From contig OZ024749.1 of the NCBI GenBank assembly GCA_964016885.1, forward strand, positions 44,888,001 through 44,952,000: a stretch of 64,000 nucleotides of DNA. The letters run 5' to 3'. This DNA is from Eledone cirrhosa (Eukaryota). Made by a program: the position numbers and the translations under genes. This document shows, piece after piece, positions 1 to 12,860 of this stretch (the stretch's first letter is position 1; each line of letters begins with the position of its first letter). The notes beneath the pieces are model-generated. The model ran no database searches and was not told the origin of the DNA. It saw nothing but the letters and a program-made list of their open reading frames with translations.

Positions 1-420
1 TACTTTAACTTAATGGGACAATTGTTTTTACAGTGTCACCCTGAATCTCCCTGAAATTCTCGTTAAGTGTACACATAATCTGGCAATGGCTCAGCTAATT
101 AGAAGTTATTTTCACATACAGGTTGTACCGTTCCTTTAACAAATCTCGGCGAAACCTATGGAAGTTTATCCACATGCACTTAATAATTATTTCAGTTAGA
201 ACCTTAGGATTTTATAGTTTCCTGGTGCATTCCAGATGCATGTCTATTTCTCCAGCATGGTTATGTCTAGCGTTGATATGATCTGCCAAGAATATTCAGG
301 TTGTATTCAATAACCTCGTCTTTGGTCTACTATGATTTATATTTTATTTTCAAATAGTTTTTAATAAATCATTTTTCATTAGTGTCTAACAATTCGTTTT
401 GTTTTTGATTATCATTACAG
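1..420 (-). pseudogene. Decayed non-LTR retrotransposon RT region, R4/Dong-like
   Basis: Minus strand 234->181 reads WNAPGNYKILRF*LK*LL, resembling the WKAPGxDxIxxFWLKxL motif of R4/Dong-type RT N-termini. Near 29->11 it reads KNNCPI (cf. NYRPI). Contains stops and frameshifts. Motif recalled, not searched. Confidence 0.45.
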
Positions 421-517
421 CGATACGACGTGATACGACGAGATACGACGAGAATCGCTTCTTTTCTGCGTACTTCTATTTCGGGTACGCATTTTGTAAT
501 TATTGTCATGTTAGTAA

Positions 518-740
518 GGACGGTTGATTGGCAGTATCGGTAGAGGAACGGACGCCATGCTTTTCAACATAGAGTTACGACCCTTTATGATCTGAGTTCA
601 AATCCCGTCGAAGTTAACTTTGCCTTTCATCCTTACAGGGTCGATAAAATAAAGTACCAGTCACGTACTGGGGTTTATTTAATCGACTTTCCCCTCCCCC
701 AAAATTACTGGCCTTGTGCCTATACTAGAAATTATTATTA
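518..740 (+). mobile_element. tRNA-derived SINE, longer variant
   Basis: A-box-like TGGCAGTATCGG, B-box GAGTTCAAATCC, central GTTAACTTTGCCTTTCATCCTTACRGGGTCGATAAAATAAAGTACCAG (resembles the Nin-type SINE domain, from memory), ATT tail. About 10 copies in the window. Confidence 0.9.
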
Positions 741-748
741 CAACGAGA

Positions 749-933
749 GGTGGATTGACAGTATCAGTACAGGGTCGGACGCCATGCTTTGCAGAAAAGA
801 GTTACGGCTCTTCATGGTCTGAGTTCAAATCCCGCCCAGGTTAACTTTGCCTTTCATCCTTACAGGGTTGATAAAATAAAGTACCAGTAATACACTGGGT
901 TAATTGCTGACCTTGTGCCAAAAGTAGAAACAA
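749..933 (+). mobile_element. tRNA-derived SINE inserted at the tail of the preceding copy
   Basis: Same A box, B box and core. Flanked by the direct repeat ATTATTACAACGAGA (target-site duplication). Confidence 0.9.
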
Positions 934-1505
934 TTATTACAACGAGAATTTCTTCTTTTCTGCGTACTTCTATTTCGGGTACGTATTTTTAGGTTAGTAA
1001 ATTTTTTAGTAATTCTTTCTCCGGGTTTCAATTGACGTTCGACTATTATTTTATTCAGGATTGTGAAAGAATTTCCATTGTATTTTTCTTTGTGTCTTCC
1101 CGTTGTTTGCCGTACAATTTTATAATATTATTCATGATAAAGACAATCTTTTTCAAGTCTTTGATGCCCAGGTTTGCGCTTTTTGTGTGTTATGTCTTTG
1201 TTAATTTCTATATTTCTATCGACAATATACATTTACGACAATAGGGAAATGTATTGATTTAACAAAGTTTATAGTAATTTCACCCGTCATATTATTGTCA
1301 TTTTCATATATACGACCTTTAGAATTTTCTATATATAAATATTTCTCTGATTTTCTCGTGTTAATATTTTCTTTATCTGTTCATTCTGGTCAGTCTTCTG
1401 TCCGTGACTAAGGTTTATTTATTATTCGTAAACTGACACCTTTTTACAGTATAATATTGACATTATTGATGAAGGTTAAACACACACACATATATATATT
1501 TATAA

Positions 1506-1670
1506 AGGAAAAGTGTCAGTACCGACAGTTGAGCTCCGGCCGTTTGGCGAAACGGTCGGAGCTCACCCGTCGCGGTCCTGACTCTTTTCCTATTACCCAC
1601 TTTACTACCCTAAGTATTTAGTATTTGGTGCGTTATGGTCCATCTTGTTCCTTACCACACTTCCTTCGTT
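1506..1670 (+). mobile_element. Family A hairpin-plus-tail element (putative Penelope-like 3' end) in (TA)n
   Basis: Imperfect inverted repeat with apex at GTTT-GGC-GAAAC, then the shared tail ...ACTACCCTAAGTATT...GGTGCGTTATGGTCCA...CCTTACCACACTTCCTTCGTT(AT)n. Confidence 0.75.
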
Positions 1671-2469
1671 ATATATATATATATCCAGAAACAATCTAGC
1701 AATGACAACAATAACAAAAGAAAATCATTATACCTTTATTAAGTACCATCATTACTGAGAAAATTGAAAAAACAACAATACCAAAACGAGAAACAAACGC
1801 AAGAAAATAAATTCGTTAAACAAACAGAGGCCTCAAACAAATATAAACATATATATTTTTTTTTAATACGTAAAATCTATTTCTGTTAAAATTTGTTTAG
1901 TTACCATGGTGATAAACTATTTTAGATTAAATTCAAAGGACTACTTAGTTTTTAGATATTTTATCCTATTTTATTATTATTTCTTTTAATGAAGAAAATT
2001 ATTCTTTATAAGTCTTCCACCATTTTTTATTTAAACTTTTCCTGAGAATATAACAAAGCGAAGAAAGAAGAGTAACAATATATATATATATATATATAAA
2101 TATATATTATATGTGTATATATATATATATATAAAGAAGAATGCGATTTACAAAACAAAGAACGAAGGAACTGTAAGAAGACGTAAATTAAGTATTAAAT
2201 TGATTGTGCTGGTCAGTATATTCTATTATATATTTCAATACAGACAGTTTAAAGTGTAAATGTGCTTCAATGAAGCAGAAAATTAAACACCGCTAGACAC
2301 CTACTTATCTCCCCTTGTTGGTTTGTCTTATTTTGAATTACGTAAAAACAACGAAATGTATAGGTATCTACGCACATACAAACACACATCTCGCCAAAAC
2401 GACCAAACATACATTCATACATATATATATGCGTGTGTATGTATGTGTATATATATATATATATATATA

Positions 2470-2575
2470 TTTCGTTTCTGAATTTGTTTAGCAATATTCT
2501 TTATCTGAAAACGTGTGTTGAAACCGATATTGTTATGCTTTGGGAGGGTTATGTTGCCAATAAGAAACACACGCA
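2470..2575. mobile_element. Family J TA-adjacent element fragment with internal inversion
   Basis: 2470-2505 is the reverse complement of 29261-29295, while 2529-2562 matches 29230-29263 directly. Confidence 0.55.
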
Positions 2576-2921
2576 CCAGTCGCTTTCACTTAAATTTAGT
2601 ATAAATCAAATTTATAAATTTAGGAATTTATAAATTTCCGGTTAGTTGGTTGGTTCCACAACCAGACGATTGTTCATATATTGTCAAAGTCACACATTCT
2701 GTGACCTCTTCAGTGACTGGGATTCTTTTCTTTGTTTTTGTGCCGCTCCTTTGTTCTGTCCTACGCCATCTTGAAAAAACAAGACTGTTGTTTTTCTACG
2801 TCATCATAAATCCTGGCCAATAATTGCTGCCATACTGTTCATCAGCTACTCTCCGTCCGACACACTTCAATGAATACATGGTGGGTTTGGTATTTCACAA
2901 GTCACTCACACACACATATGT

Positions 2922-3005
<84 letters not shown>

Positions 3006-3009
<4 letters not shown>

Positions 3010-3321
3010 AGTGTAATTTTCTACACAAAGCGAAGGTTATAGAGAAAATTGAGGTTGGTAATGGCACATGGAATATATAAGAGACAGAATACTTTTTTGT
3101 GAAAAAACATAATTTTATAAGGTAAGGAAATAATAAAGGGTATAAAAAATGACCGGTTTCGATGGGTCTGCAAAAGCCATCTTTTCAAATGTTTTGCAGA
3201 CCCATCGAAACCGGTCATTTTTTATACCCTTTATTATTTCCTTACCTTATAAAATTATGTTTTTTCACAAAAAAGTATTCTGTCTCTTATATATTCCATG
3301 TGCCATTACCAACCTCAATTT

Positions 3322-3326
<5 letters not shown>
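3006..3326 (-). mobile_element. Hairpin-plus-tail element: 135-bp arms, 16-nt loop, 35-nt tail
   Basis: 3041-3175 is the reverse complement of 3192-3326 with no mismatch seen. Flanked by (TA)n and (CT)n(TA)n. Confidence 0.85.
3141..3197 (-). ncRNA. Type I hammerhead-like motif, U3-A8 variant
   Basis: AT-TTGAAAA-GATGG(cttttgcagac)CCATC-GAAA-CCGG-TC-AT: 5-bp stem II, palindromic CCGG stem III, GUC triplet. Stem I is weak. Confidence 0.6.
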
Positions 3327-3395
<69 letters not shown>

Positions 3396-3449
3396 TACAT
3401 ATATGCCAAAAGTAATCACAAACATACGTTCATACATACTTACACACGC

Positions 3450-3548
<99 letters not shown>

Positions 3549-3915
3549 CATACATACATACAAAGCAATGTATACGGAGACAGTTACACAGAAGTTAATC
3601 AATGCGCTAATGAGACTTTAGCTACAAATTCTATCGATGTATGGTAATCATACATTCCAAATTTTAAATTTTCCCAATGCTTCTTCAGAAACCACTGTTA
3701 CCACATCTATTTACAAGCTTAAATATTCTAAATAGACGGAATTAAAGGGCAGCTTCTCCTGAGCTGGTTGTTTATTGCTCTGTCAGTGTCCGAAACATTA
3801 GGTGTACGTTATTTCGTTTGCACACTTTTTTCTCTTGTGGTATGTCTCCTGGATTAGTTTAACTGATTTTCTTAAGAAACAGGCGCGCACACATTTTCCG
3901 GATACTTCTTAAGTC

Positions 3916-4027
<112 letters not shown>

Positions 4028-4099
4028 TTTATCCTTCTATGTTGTTCACTTGTCCCCCTCGCTTTACGCGATTACTGGTCCCAATAACTTTTTTTAGCT

Positions 4100-4235
4100 T
4101 ATTGCTCGCACCAACCTGAGGTATCTGATTTTTAATGCGATGAAATACCAATGATGGTTGGCAAATCACTGACGAAGGACTATTTTTATCATATGTAACA
4201 CATGTGCAAACCACGCAGTATTCTTCTTTCTTCTC

Positions 4236-4240
<5 letters not shown>
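4100..4240 (+). mobile_element. Family K TA-flanked element
   Basis: GGTTGG...TCACTGAYGAAGGACT...TATGTAAC.CAT.TGCAA...CGCAG is shared with 55113-55200 (-) and 48843-48874 (-). Confidence 0.55.
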
Positions 4241-4291
<51 letters not shown>

Positions 4292-4486
4292 TGATATGTA
4301 GAAAAGATAACACACGAGAGAGCGAGAGTGTGTGTTTATCAATGTACAGTGAAAACCACCAGTGTATGGAATCTATAAACTACGAAAGGTGAGGTAGACG
4401 CATAATAATTAAAAATATAAATCAGAATGAATTTACCCACCTCAACACACACATATATATATGTATATATATATATATATATATAT

Positions 4487-4673
4487 GCAAAGAGAGTGTG
4501 GTAAGATACCAGGTGGACCCTGACGCACAAGAGTATACTTAGAGTAGTAGAGTGGGTAATATGAAAATAGTCAGGACCCCAGGACCCCGCTCCAGCAGTT
4601 TCGACAGCTAGATCCATACGTTCGGATTTAGCTGTTGAAGAGGCTGGAGCTGAGCCGTCGAGGTCCTGACTCT

Positions 4674-4679
<6 letters not shown>
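4487..4679 (-). mobile_element. Family A hairpin-plus-tail element (diverged subfamily)
   Basis: Tail on the left, imperfect inverted repeat with apex near 4615-4622, TA arrays on both sides. Confidence 0.7.
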
Positions 4680-4737
<58 letters not shown>

Positions 4738-7700
4738 ATTAATTTTCTTAAGTTTTATAAATATAAAGATTTAAGTTACAATATCGAATGTCAAATTTTT
4801 TCTTTCCCAAGATTCTAGCTAGGGACTTTAAAGGAGATTTCACTACTATTTCTAACACTTGAAACGACAAGGTTGCCGTTCCCCTATTGTTACTGTTTGT
4901 GACCAAGTTAGTGATGACTCCTACACACCGAACAAACAAAACAACAACAAAAATAGAAAAGAAATGTGCTACCGAAATAAAATATCTTCTACAATCATTT
5001 TCCTAAATAATGAATAATAACGACCAAAAGAGAGCCATTTATATATGAACTATTATGTATTATGGTCATTGAGCAATTTCGTGGAAGAACCGCACCAGTA
5101 GTGCTTCCAAATATTGGGTAAAATATGATCGTATTACTTTATTTATTTTTATTTATTTTTATTACTTTTTTTATTTTTTCTTCATATAATTCCTTTGGCG
5201 GCTTCTAAATTTAAATTTAGTGACCTGATCTCTTCACTTTGGGATTTAATGGGAGAAATATCGTTTATTTTTTACCTTTCATTTATTTTGTTTTGTATTA
5301 TGACTTGTTTCATATTGATGTTGTCTTCTTATTCTTTGTGTTTTGTTTTTGTTTTCTTATTTTGTCTTGTATTTGATTGTTCAATACTCTTCCATGCATG
5401 GATTCATCCACCGGAAATTAGGTGAAAGGTCCAAAACCCAGCTTTAGTGTTATGGTTCATACCAAGGATAACTATTCCACTACTTCCTCTCGTCTTTTGC
5501 CGTATACTAAGACTGATTAGTCCGAGAGTTCAGTCTTCTGAAGCATAAAATAGTGACATTACTACCAACATCTCTCTTACTTCCTTCTCTCTCTAGCTTC
5601 CCCCTTTATAAACATCTTCCACCACCCCAGTCTACGTTGTATCCCCATCACCAACCTACTCCAGCTTTATATTGTCTGCCTCGTAATACTCTGCCGAATT
5701 TCTTAGAAAACAATCCACCCATTTGCTCGCGGCCATTTATTTTACTCCACCATCCCCTTGTACCCTTCTTTTCTTTACCCAATAGTAGCTTAATTTATTG
5801 AACTGCTCTTTTCTGCCTACCAATTCTTCACTCAGTCTTTCTTTCCCTTCTTTAATATGCATTCGCCTAGTTTTCTCTCACTTTCTCTCCCGTTTATTCC
5901 TTCAATATATCTCTTTCTCTTTCTCATTTCTCTCTCTCTACCTGTTTCCCACTCTCTGTCTCTTTCTCAACTCTATATCCCCCCCCTCTCTCGCTCTCTT
6001 CCTCTTTCCCACTCTCTGTCACTCTTTCTCTTTCTCAATCTCTGTCTCTCTCCTTTCTTTTTCTTTCATTCTTTCTATATCTCAATCTCCATTTCTTTAT
6101 AGTATTCTCTCTTCAGTTAGCTCTTGTCCGTTCCACTTTGATTTAAATTGCTCACATTTTGATTGACAACGAATGATACCAATTCCGGTTTGCTTCTATG
6201 AAGTTGGGTCTTTGATGGTATTCTCACTTTCCGCCTTATTTTTAATGAAAGCAGTTGCCACACCATAACACACCATATTTTCCTACAACTAGCTATAGCT
6301 ACGCGAGGACTAATTAAGCCCACAAGGTGAATACCTCAAAAATCTTAAAGACCGAAAACTTTTTAATAATAATATCAGCAATAATGAGATGATTAACCGA
6401 GATTAATTAATTATTCTATTTTATTGTCTGTTAATCTGTTTTCGTTCTTTCGGTTCGGTTAATTTCCCTTCCTGTCTGATCTTACCATCCAGTTGGTTGC
6501 ACAAATCTTAAATGACTGTCTGTTATATGTATTTTCAACACAAAAGAATTATATTCTCTTTTGCTCAGAAGTTCTGAAATAGAAAGAAAAGAAAGCTTTT
6601 ACACAAGATTAGGTACTGGTCACTGATTAACAATAATTTTTGTCTTTTGTACTTCAGATTAAGCAAAATTCTCACTTGCAAAACGTGGAACCATCGTAGT
6701 AATATTAATACATTTAATTTTATTAGTTCTGCGTTGCGTGTGTCATAGAATTAGAGGTAAATTGTCAGCAACCCAATTCTGCAAACCGGTTTCGCTTCTT
6801 TATTGAATCCAATTCCGTTCAGTAGTAGCAAGTATATTCAGTGTAGAAAGCAATGAATGCTATACTACAGTTCTTTTCATTTTCGACACAAACATTTGTA
6901 AACTTATTCCTTCTTGAAAAAATAAATGTATTTAATAGTAACATTTAATTAATCATTGTTGTGTTTGATACTGTAGACCTTTTATTCGGGGTGGGGATGA
7001 TCCAGTTAAACGGAAGAACAAATATGAATTGGGAAGACCGTTGGTTTATTTTAGCACTAAGTACACAATGAAAATGCAGGAGTGTGATCAAATGTATACC
7101 GTACTAGGTGATCCTGTTATTTGAAACCAACAAATTAATCTACCGAGGACTACATTATCAAATGTATCTTTTGTTTATATATTCTAATATATCTAATTCA
7201 TGTCAGATTTCGGTCTGCGACTGGTACCAGCACAACATACTTCATGTTCGAGTGGTTGGTGACTAAATCAGCTCTAACATCAGACCCTGGTGGAACGCAA
7301 GCAGGATGAACTCTTCCGAGTCAACGGCAATCCGCCCTTATCATCTCGTGCGGAATATGTCTAACTCCATGACATGACCAAAATCAAAGAGAAAACGGTG
7401 GAGGTCAAACAAGGGTGAGAAAGCCCTGGATGAAATGGAATTCAGAGAAGTAAATAGAATATGAATAACAATTTTAGTGGTCTACGAGAGTGATGTGAAG
7501 TGATAGGCCTCCTCCACTGAATGCTTACAACAGAATCAGGCTATATTTTTTTTATTTGTGAAAAAAATACGACAATATATTTTAAGTATCTTCGCAAAAA
7601 ATGCATCATGTTTTTTAAATGTCATTTGAATTAGTGACTTTTTTGGCCAAATACATCAGCTTTTATTTAGGAATATGCAACTAAGAATTGAAAACAACAG

Positions 7701-7920
7701 TATAATTTCTGAAATAATGTATTGTCCATGTTCTGAAAAAATACTCACATATTATGTTATTGTCTCTAGGGAAGATTTTCTCAAAGAATATTTATAATGA
7801 TCGAGTATTACTATAATCACCTGTGTTGAGGTGACCACGATTCTGGTTTAAATTTCTGTAATATCTCTCAAATAAACAGGTGATTCATATATATAATTGC
7901 CTATCTATCTATCTATCTAT

Positions 7921-8192
7921 CTCTGCCCCTCCACGTGCCAAGTTGCAGACCGATCGACTTGTCCCGGTTCAGCTTAGCCCCTGTAAACCTTTTGTACTCC
8001 TCCAGTAAGGTGCCGATTGCCCCGATTTCCGAGGCCGTCGACACCATTACTGTTACGTCATCGGCGTAGGCTGACACCGCTTTCCGCAATCCTGGTTCCA
8101 ACGGGATGCCCTGCAACAACTCCAACTTCCGCAGCAGTGGCTCTAGAATCATTACATACAGAAGGGAGGAGAGAGGGCACCCCTGTCGGATG
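7921..8192 (-). pseudogene. Internal reverse transcriptase fragment of an L1/Tx1-clade LINE
   Basis: Open frame IRQGCPLSSLLYVMILEPLLRKL...VSAYADDVTVMV...YKRFTGAKLNRDKSIGLQLGTWRG contains the QGCPLS and YADD RT motifs and the Tx1/L1-like GAKLN..KS segment. Confidence 0.92.
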
Positions 8193-8402
8193 TTATCTAT
8201 CTTTCTATCTATCTATATATCTCTCTATCTATCAATGTGTTTGTCTATCTACCTATCTATCAATCTTGCTATCCTTCTCTCTCTCACGCTGTATATGTAT
8301 ATATATCTATATATATGTGTGTGTGAGTGTGTGTGTGTATATGTATATATATACGTACACATATATATACATAAATATATCTATATATAAATATATATAC
8401 AT

Positions 8403-8435
<33 letters not shown>

Positions 8436-8969
8436 CAGAAAGGGGAAGCCACCAAATGAAAGAGACACAGAGGGAGGGATATTTTCCACCATCTTACACC
8501 TTATTAGTTCCACCTGACCAGTTACTAAATACTCAGTATTTATTGTTTTGCTCTTAAATTCTCCTCTTTGTTAGAACTCATTGTCTTTTGTTTCTTTTTT
8601 CATTTCTTTTATCTAAGTAGAGGCGGTGAGATTATTTAGCGTTCCTTCCCTTTTATTTTACTTTGTGTATATTCTCACAGAACAGGTGTCTAGCCCTGAG
8701 GTTAATGTGTTGGTTTTACGATCGTAAGCTCATGATTTCGATTCCAGAACCATCCGGTTTGTACGGTGTCTCATTATGCATGTAAATTTATTTCCTGTGT
8801 GCAAGTAAATTCACCTGAACTATGTTAATTGTTTCGGTTTTTTATATCTTCAGAATTTTCCGAGAACATATTTTCCTTAGCACAATCGATAGAGCGTCGC
8901 GCAGAATTACATGCAGAATTTGTACTGTATCCTAAAATTCTGAGATTAGATCTCAGTCAGATCAATTGC

Positions 8970-9100
8970 TGGCACAAGGCCAGTGCATTACTGGTACTAT
9001 ATTTTTTCGACCCCGTAAGGATGAAAGGCAAAGTTAACCTCGGCGGGATTTGAACTCAGAATTGCAAGGGACGTAACTCTATGTTGCCAATCCACCGCCC
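8970..9100 (-). mobile_element. tRNA-derived SINE with internal deletions
   Basis: Reverse complement of the SINE core, B box and 5' GGGCGGTGGATTGGCA. Confidence 0.88.
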
Positions 9101-9596
9101 CTATACCCTATAAAATAATATACTTTATTTACTTCCCTTTGAGGTGTGTATGTATGAATGCTTGTCTGAACGTGTCAAAATGAGTTTTACTTGGGTTAGT
9201 CTTGATACACCTTGCTACGTTGAACCTAACTGTGAAATACGTTAAGAGTACACATCTATGTGGAATGCAAAGACATTAGCACGTTAATCTCACTAGCAAC
9301 TATTTCGATGTTCAAAAAACTGGACCTCTCGCAGTAGCAACAGACGGAGGTCCAAAGAAATGCGAAATAATATATGACATTAACTGCGTAGCTAAAACAA
9401 AGTAAAGACGTAGTATTTCGCGCTTCACTAGTTTAAAACCATATATTTTACACGGGAATAAAATATGAGAATAACTCAATGTTTGTTTACTGTCTAAGTG
9501 GAATTAGACCATGATTGGATTAACATAACTCTGGCAACTAATGATAAAGTAGAGCGTGTCAAATACCTAATCAGTGTTTGCGGAGATATGAGTATT

Positions 9597-9652
<56 letters not shown>

Positions 9653-10336
9653 AATATATATATATATATATATGTTTGTAGTTTGTGTCTCTGTGTATGC
9701 GTATTATGTGTGTATATATATATGTATTATATATATATATATATATATATGTATTATATATATATATGTTTGTGTGTGAGCCACTCTCAAGACCTTTTAG
9801 TCGTCGATCTACCTTGTTGAAATATGTGTCAAACTTATCTATAATCTACGCCTATCATTTACAAAAGGAAGGACACATGGGAAAATGAAGAAAAACTTCA
9901 AGATGGGATGGTCACGGCTGGAAGATATGAATGGTTATTGCTATATCATCCTGCTGAAGACTATATATAATGTGATGTGTTTGATCGCTTTTAGAAGTGT
10001 CATTTCCCTAATGACCGTAAATGAGAAAACGTTTTGATTTGGATAAATATATATATAAATATATATTTAAAATTGTTATTGAAAAAATTGATACAGAGAT
10101 GAACGGTTCATTTAATGCGCAGCTTGTTTTAACAGAACTCCTATTTGGTAGATGATAGTATTTATCGTGGCTCAAGCTATTGAACCACGGTTCACACTAT
10201 CTACCTCCCTCGATCCGCATTTTAGTGCGGGTATTTAAATGTTTTTGTTTAGTTTAGGCAGCAATCACACACATTAAGTATATATTGGAACAACTAACGG
10301 TGTTCTTGATCTGCTTCTTTCAGCCTCGAATAAATT

Positions 10337-10785
10337 ACTAGACCTGAAAAATGCGCAAGCTCAAAAGAGCCACAGAATGTTATAATAAACCTTCAAAAGT
10401 GTGGGACTAGAGTTGTTGCTCAAAAATATTGTAATCATTATCTATCGTACACTCTGTGGCATACTTTTATAAAAAAAGAGACTCATAACGAACTCAAGAC
10501 GACACGATAATTATTTAAGCTAATGTTCAATATCTCATATTAGATGTTTAGTATTGATTAATACGAAATGCAATTAAACCAAATTCTATATTATAAATTC
10601 ACTTAAATAATTATCGTGTCGTCTTTAGTTCGTTATGAGTCTCTTTTTTTATAAAAGGATGCCACAGATGTGTACGATAGATAATGATTATAATATTTTT
10701 GAGCAACAACTCTAGTCCCACACATTTGAAGGTTTATTATAACATTCTGTGGCTCTTTTGAAGTTGCGCATTTTTCAGGTCTAGT
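10337..10785. repeat. Long inverted repeat, ~183-bp arms and 82-bp spacer
   Basis: 10337-10519 is the reverse complement of 10602-10785 with a few mismatches. Confidence 0.9.
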
Positions 10786-11339
10786 TTAATATGTTTTTAG
10801 GCAACGCTTGTAATAACTCTAGTTAAACATGATATATATATTAATAATAAATTATCGTTGTAATGTAATTAGATTATATAATTGTTATTTTATAAATCAT
10901 CTTATAAATATTATTGTAAGATGTATAAACATATTTTCAGACATTTAATAGTTAATATAAATTTAAAAAATCATATATAAATTAACAATACAACTTACCA
11001 AAACGAGAAAAATATTTTGATGATAAACGACGAAACACTGGAGGAAGATTCGAAAGCGAAACGATAGATAAACGCGGAAACAAAGTGGCGGATGCTTTTG
11101 AGCAACAATTACTCTCGTTGGTTGATTACCCAATAAGACGATGAAATTAGCTAATAAGACGATACATTACAAAAGATGTTTGGGAGGCATCACCACGGCC
11201 AGCGGTACCCCTTGAATTTTTTATTCACAAGCTACGCATGTATGTCAGACGCGCAGACTTAAAACATTCTGTTGTTAGTCACTGCGTGTCTAACAGATTA
11301 TATTATGTTATATTATTATATTATATTACATATAATACA

Positions 11340-11527
11340 GGGCGGTGGATTGGCAGTATCGGTAGAGGGTCGGACGCCATGTTTTGACGCATAGAGTTAC
11401 GGCCCTTGCCATTCTGAGTTCAAATCCCGCCGAGGTTAACTTTGCCTTTCATCCTTATGGGTTAGATAAAATAAAGTACCAGTAATGCACTGGGTAAGTG
11501 CTGGCCTTGTGCCAAAAAGTAGAAACA
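11340..11527 (+). mobile_element. tRNA-derived SINE with 20-bp flanking direct repeat
   Basis: Full A box, B box and core. ATTATATTATATTACATATA at 11315-11334 and 11528-11547. Confidence 0.92.
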
Positions 11528-11846
11528 ATTATATTATATTACATATAGAAATGTTGTGTTTCTATATATGTTTTCAATTATTTTAGACGCAGGCATTGCT
11601 GAGTTCATAAGAAGATCGCTGAGAAAACACCAGATTTAGGATATCAGAACATGAGGTTGAATATTGCAAGCAAGTATCTTAAATAAAACTTCTGATTGTC
11701 CCGTGTCTTGTGAAAATTGCTGCATGCAAGGATGGTCCTGTAAATCTTGAAGGAATTGTAGAAGCGCCATATTGACACACAGCATTCCTTGGGAATTTTA
11801 AAACCTGGCAGGGCACAACTCTCCAGGTCTGAGTACAGCAGAATGT

Positions 11847-11902
<56 letters not shown>

Positions 11903-11904
<2 letters not shown>

Positions 11905-12436
11905 AGGGTGTTAAAGTTTGCTTGAAGCATTGTGAAATGTGTAAAAATACGTATTTAAGAAAGCCACAACAATGCAAAGGGAAATCTCGAGGTAGGAAGT
12001 GAAATATAGATAGGAAAAACAGGTGAAAGTGAAAATTGAGAGAGACAAAGATGAAAACAAAACAAAGGTAGAAGGGTTACCGTAGTAGAGATTTAATCCC
12101 AATATTTTGGGCTCACGCCCATCAACGGGGGAAAAGTTCCAAAAGGGGGGAAACAGGCCAAGCGGAGAAAGTTCTCCCTTAACGGCATTCCTGTCTTAAC
12201 GACATCACAACTTTCTCCGCTTGGCCTGTTTCCCCCCTTTTGGAACTTCTCCCCCGTTGATGGGCGTGAGCCCGAAATATTGGGATTAAATCTCTACTAC
12301 GGTAACCCTTCTACCTTTGTTTTGTTTTCATCTTTGTCTCTCTCAATTTTCACTTTCACCTGTTTTTCCTATCTATATTTCACTTCCTACCTCGAGATTT
12401 CCCTTTGCATTGTTGTGGCTTTCTTAAATACGTATT

Positions 12437-12437
<1 letters not shown>
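11903..12437 (-). mobile_element. Family F hairpin-plus-tail element, ~229-bp arms, in (TA)n
   Basis: 11945-12173 is the near-perfect reverse complement of 12209-12437. Unpaired tail at 11903-11944. Confidence 0.85.
12250..12285 (+). ncRNA. Hammerhead-like motif with variant core
   Basis: TCCC-CCGTTGA-T-GGGC(GTGA)GCCC-GAAA-TA-TT-GGGA: 4-bp stem I and a GNRA-capped 4-bp stem II. Core deviates at U4C and A6U. Confidence 0.5.
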
Positions 12438-12468
<31 letters not shown>

Positions 12469-12469
<1 letters not shown>

Positions 12470-12610
12470 ACGAAGGAAATGTGGTAAGGAACCAGGTGGA
12501 CCATAACGCACCAAAGTACTCAATACTTAGGGTAGTAGAGTGGGTAATAGGAACCAGTAAGACCCCCGACGGCTGAGCTCAAGCCGTTTCGACGGCTAAT
12601 TCTGTACTAA
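12469..12610 (-). mobile_element. Family A element, single arm plus tail
   Basis: Reverse complement of the family A tail and arm, ending at the usual apex sequence AATTCTG.ACTA. TA-flanked. Confidence 0.75.
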
Positions 12611-12648
12611 AAACTATTATATATATATATATAAATATATATTATATA

Positions 12649-12750
<102 letters not shown>

Positions 12751-12860
12751 CGCTTCTACAGGAATAAAACTATTTTATTTGCATGAAATAAACAGATGTA
12801 TCCTGGACATTCATGGAAATTCCAAACGAACGAAAGAGCTCTAGTCCTTTATAAAATAAC

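Noticed and set aside
518-620. tRNA gene
   Set aside because: A and B boxes belong to a multi-copy SINE head and no complete cloverleaf could be formed.
2672-2717. Minus-strand CTGAAGA-GGTCACA...TGTGACT hairpin
   Set aside because: Stem II is good but there is no GAAA (reads TTGACAA), stem I is weak and no second copy supports it.
3021-3415. Two opposite-strand ORFs with near-identical peptides (also 11911-12576)
   Set aside because: A consequence of the inverted repeats, not genes.
11679-11846. More GC-balanced stretch that could be an exon
   Set aside because: No recognisable protein in the frames I translated and no clear splice-site pair.
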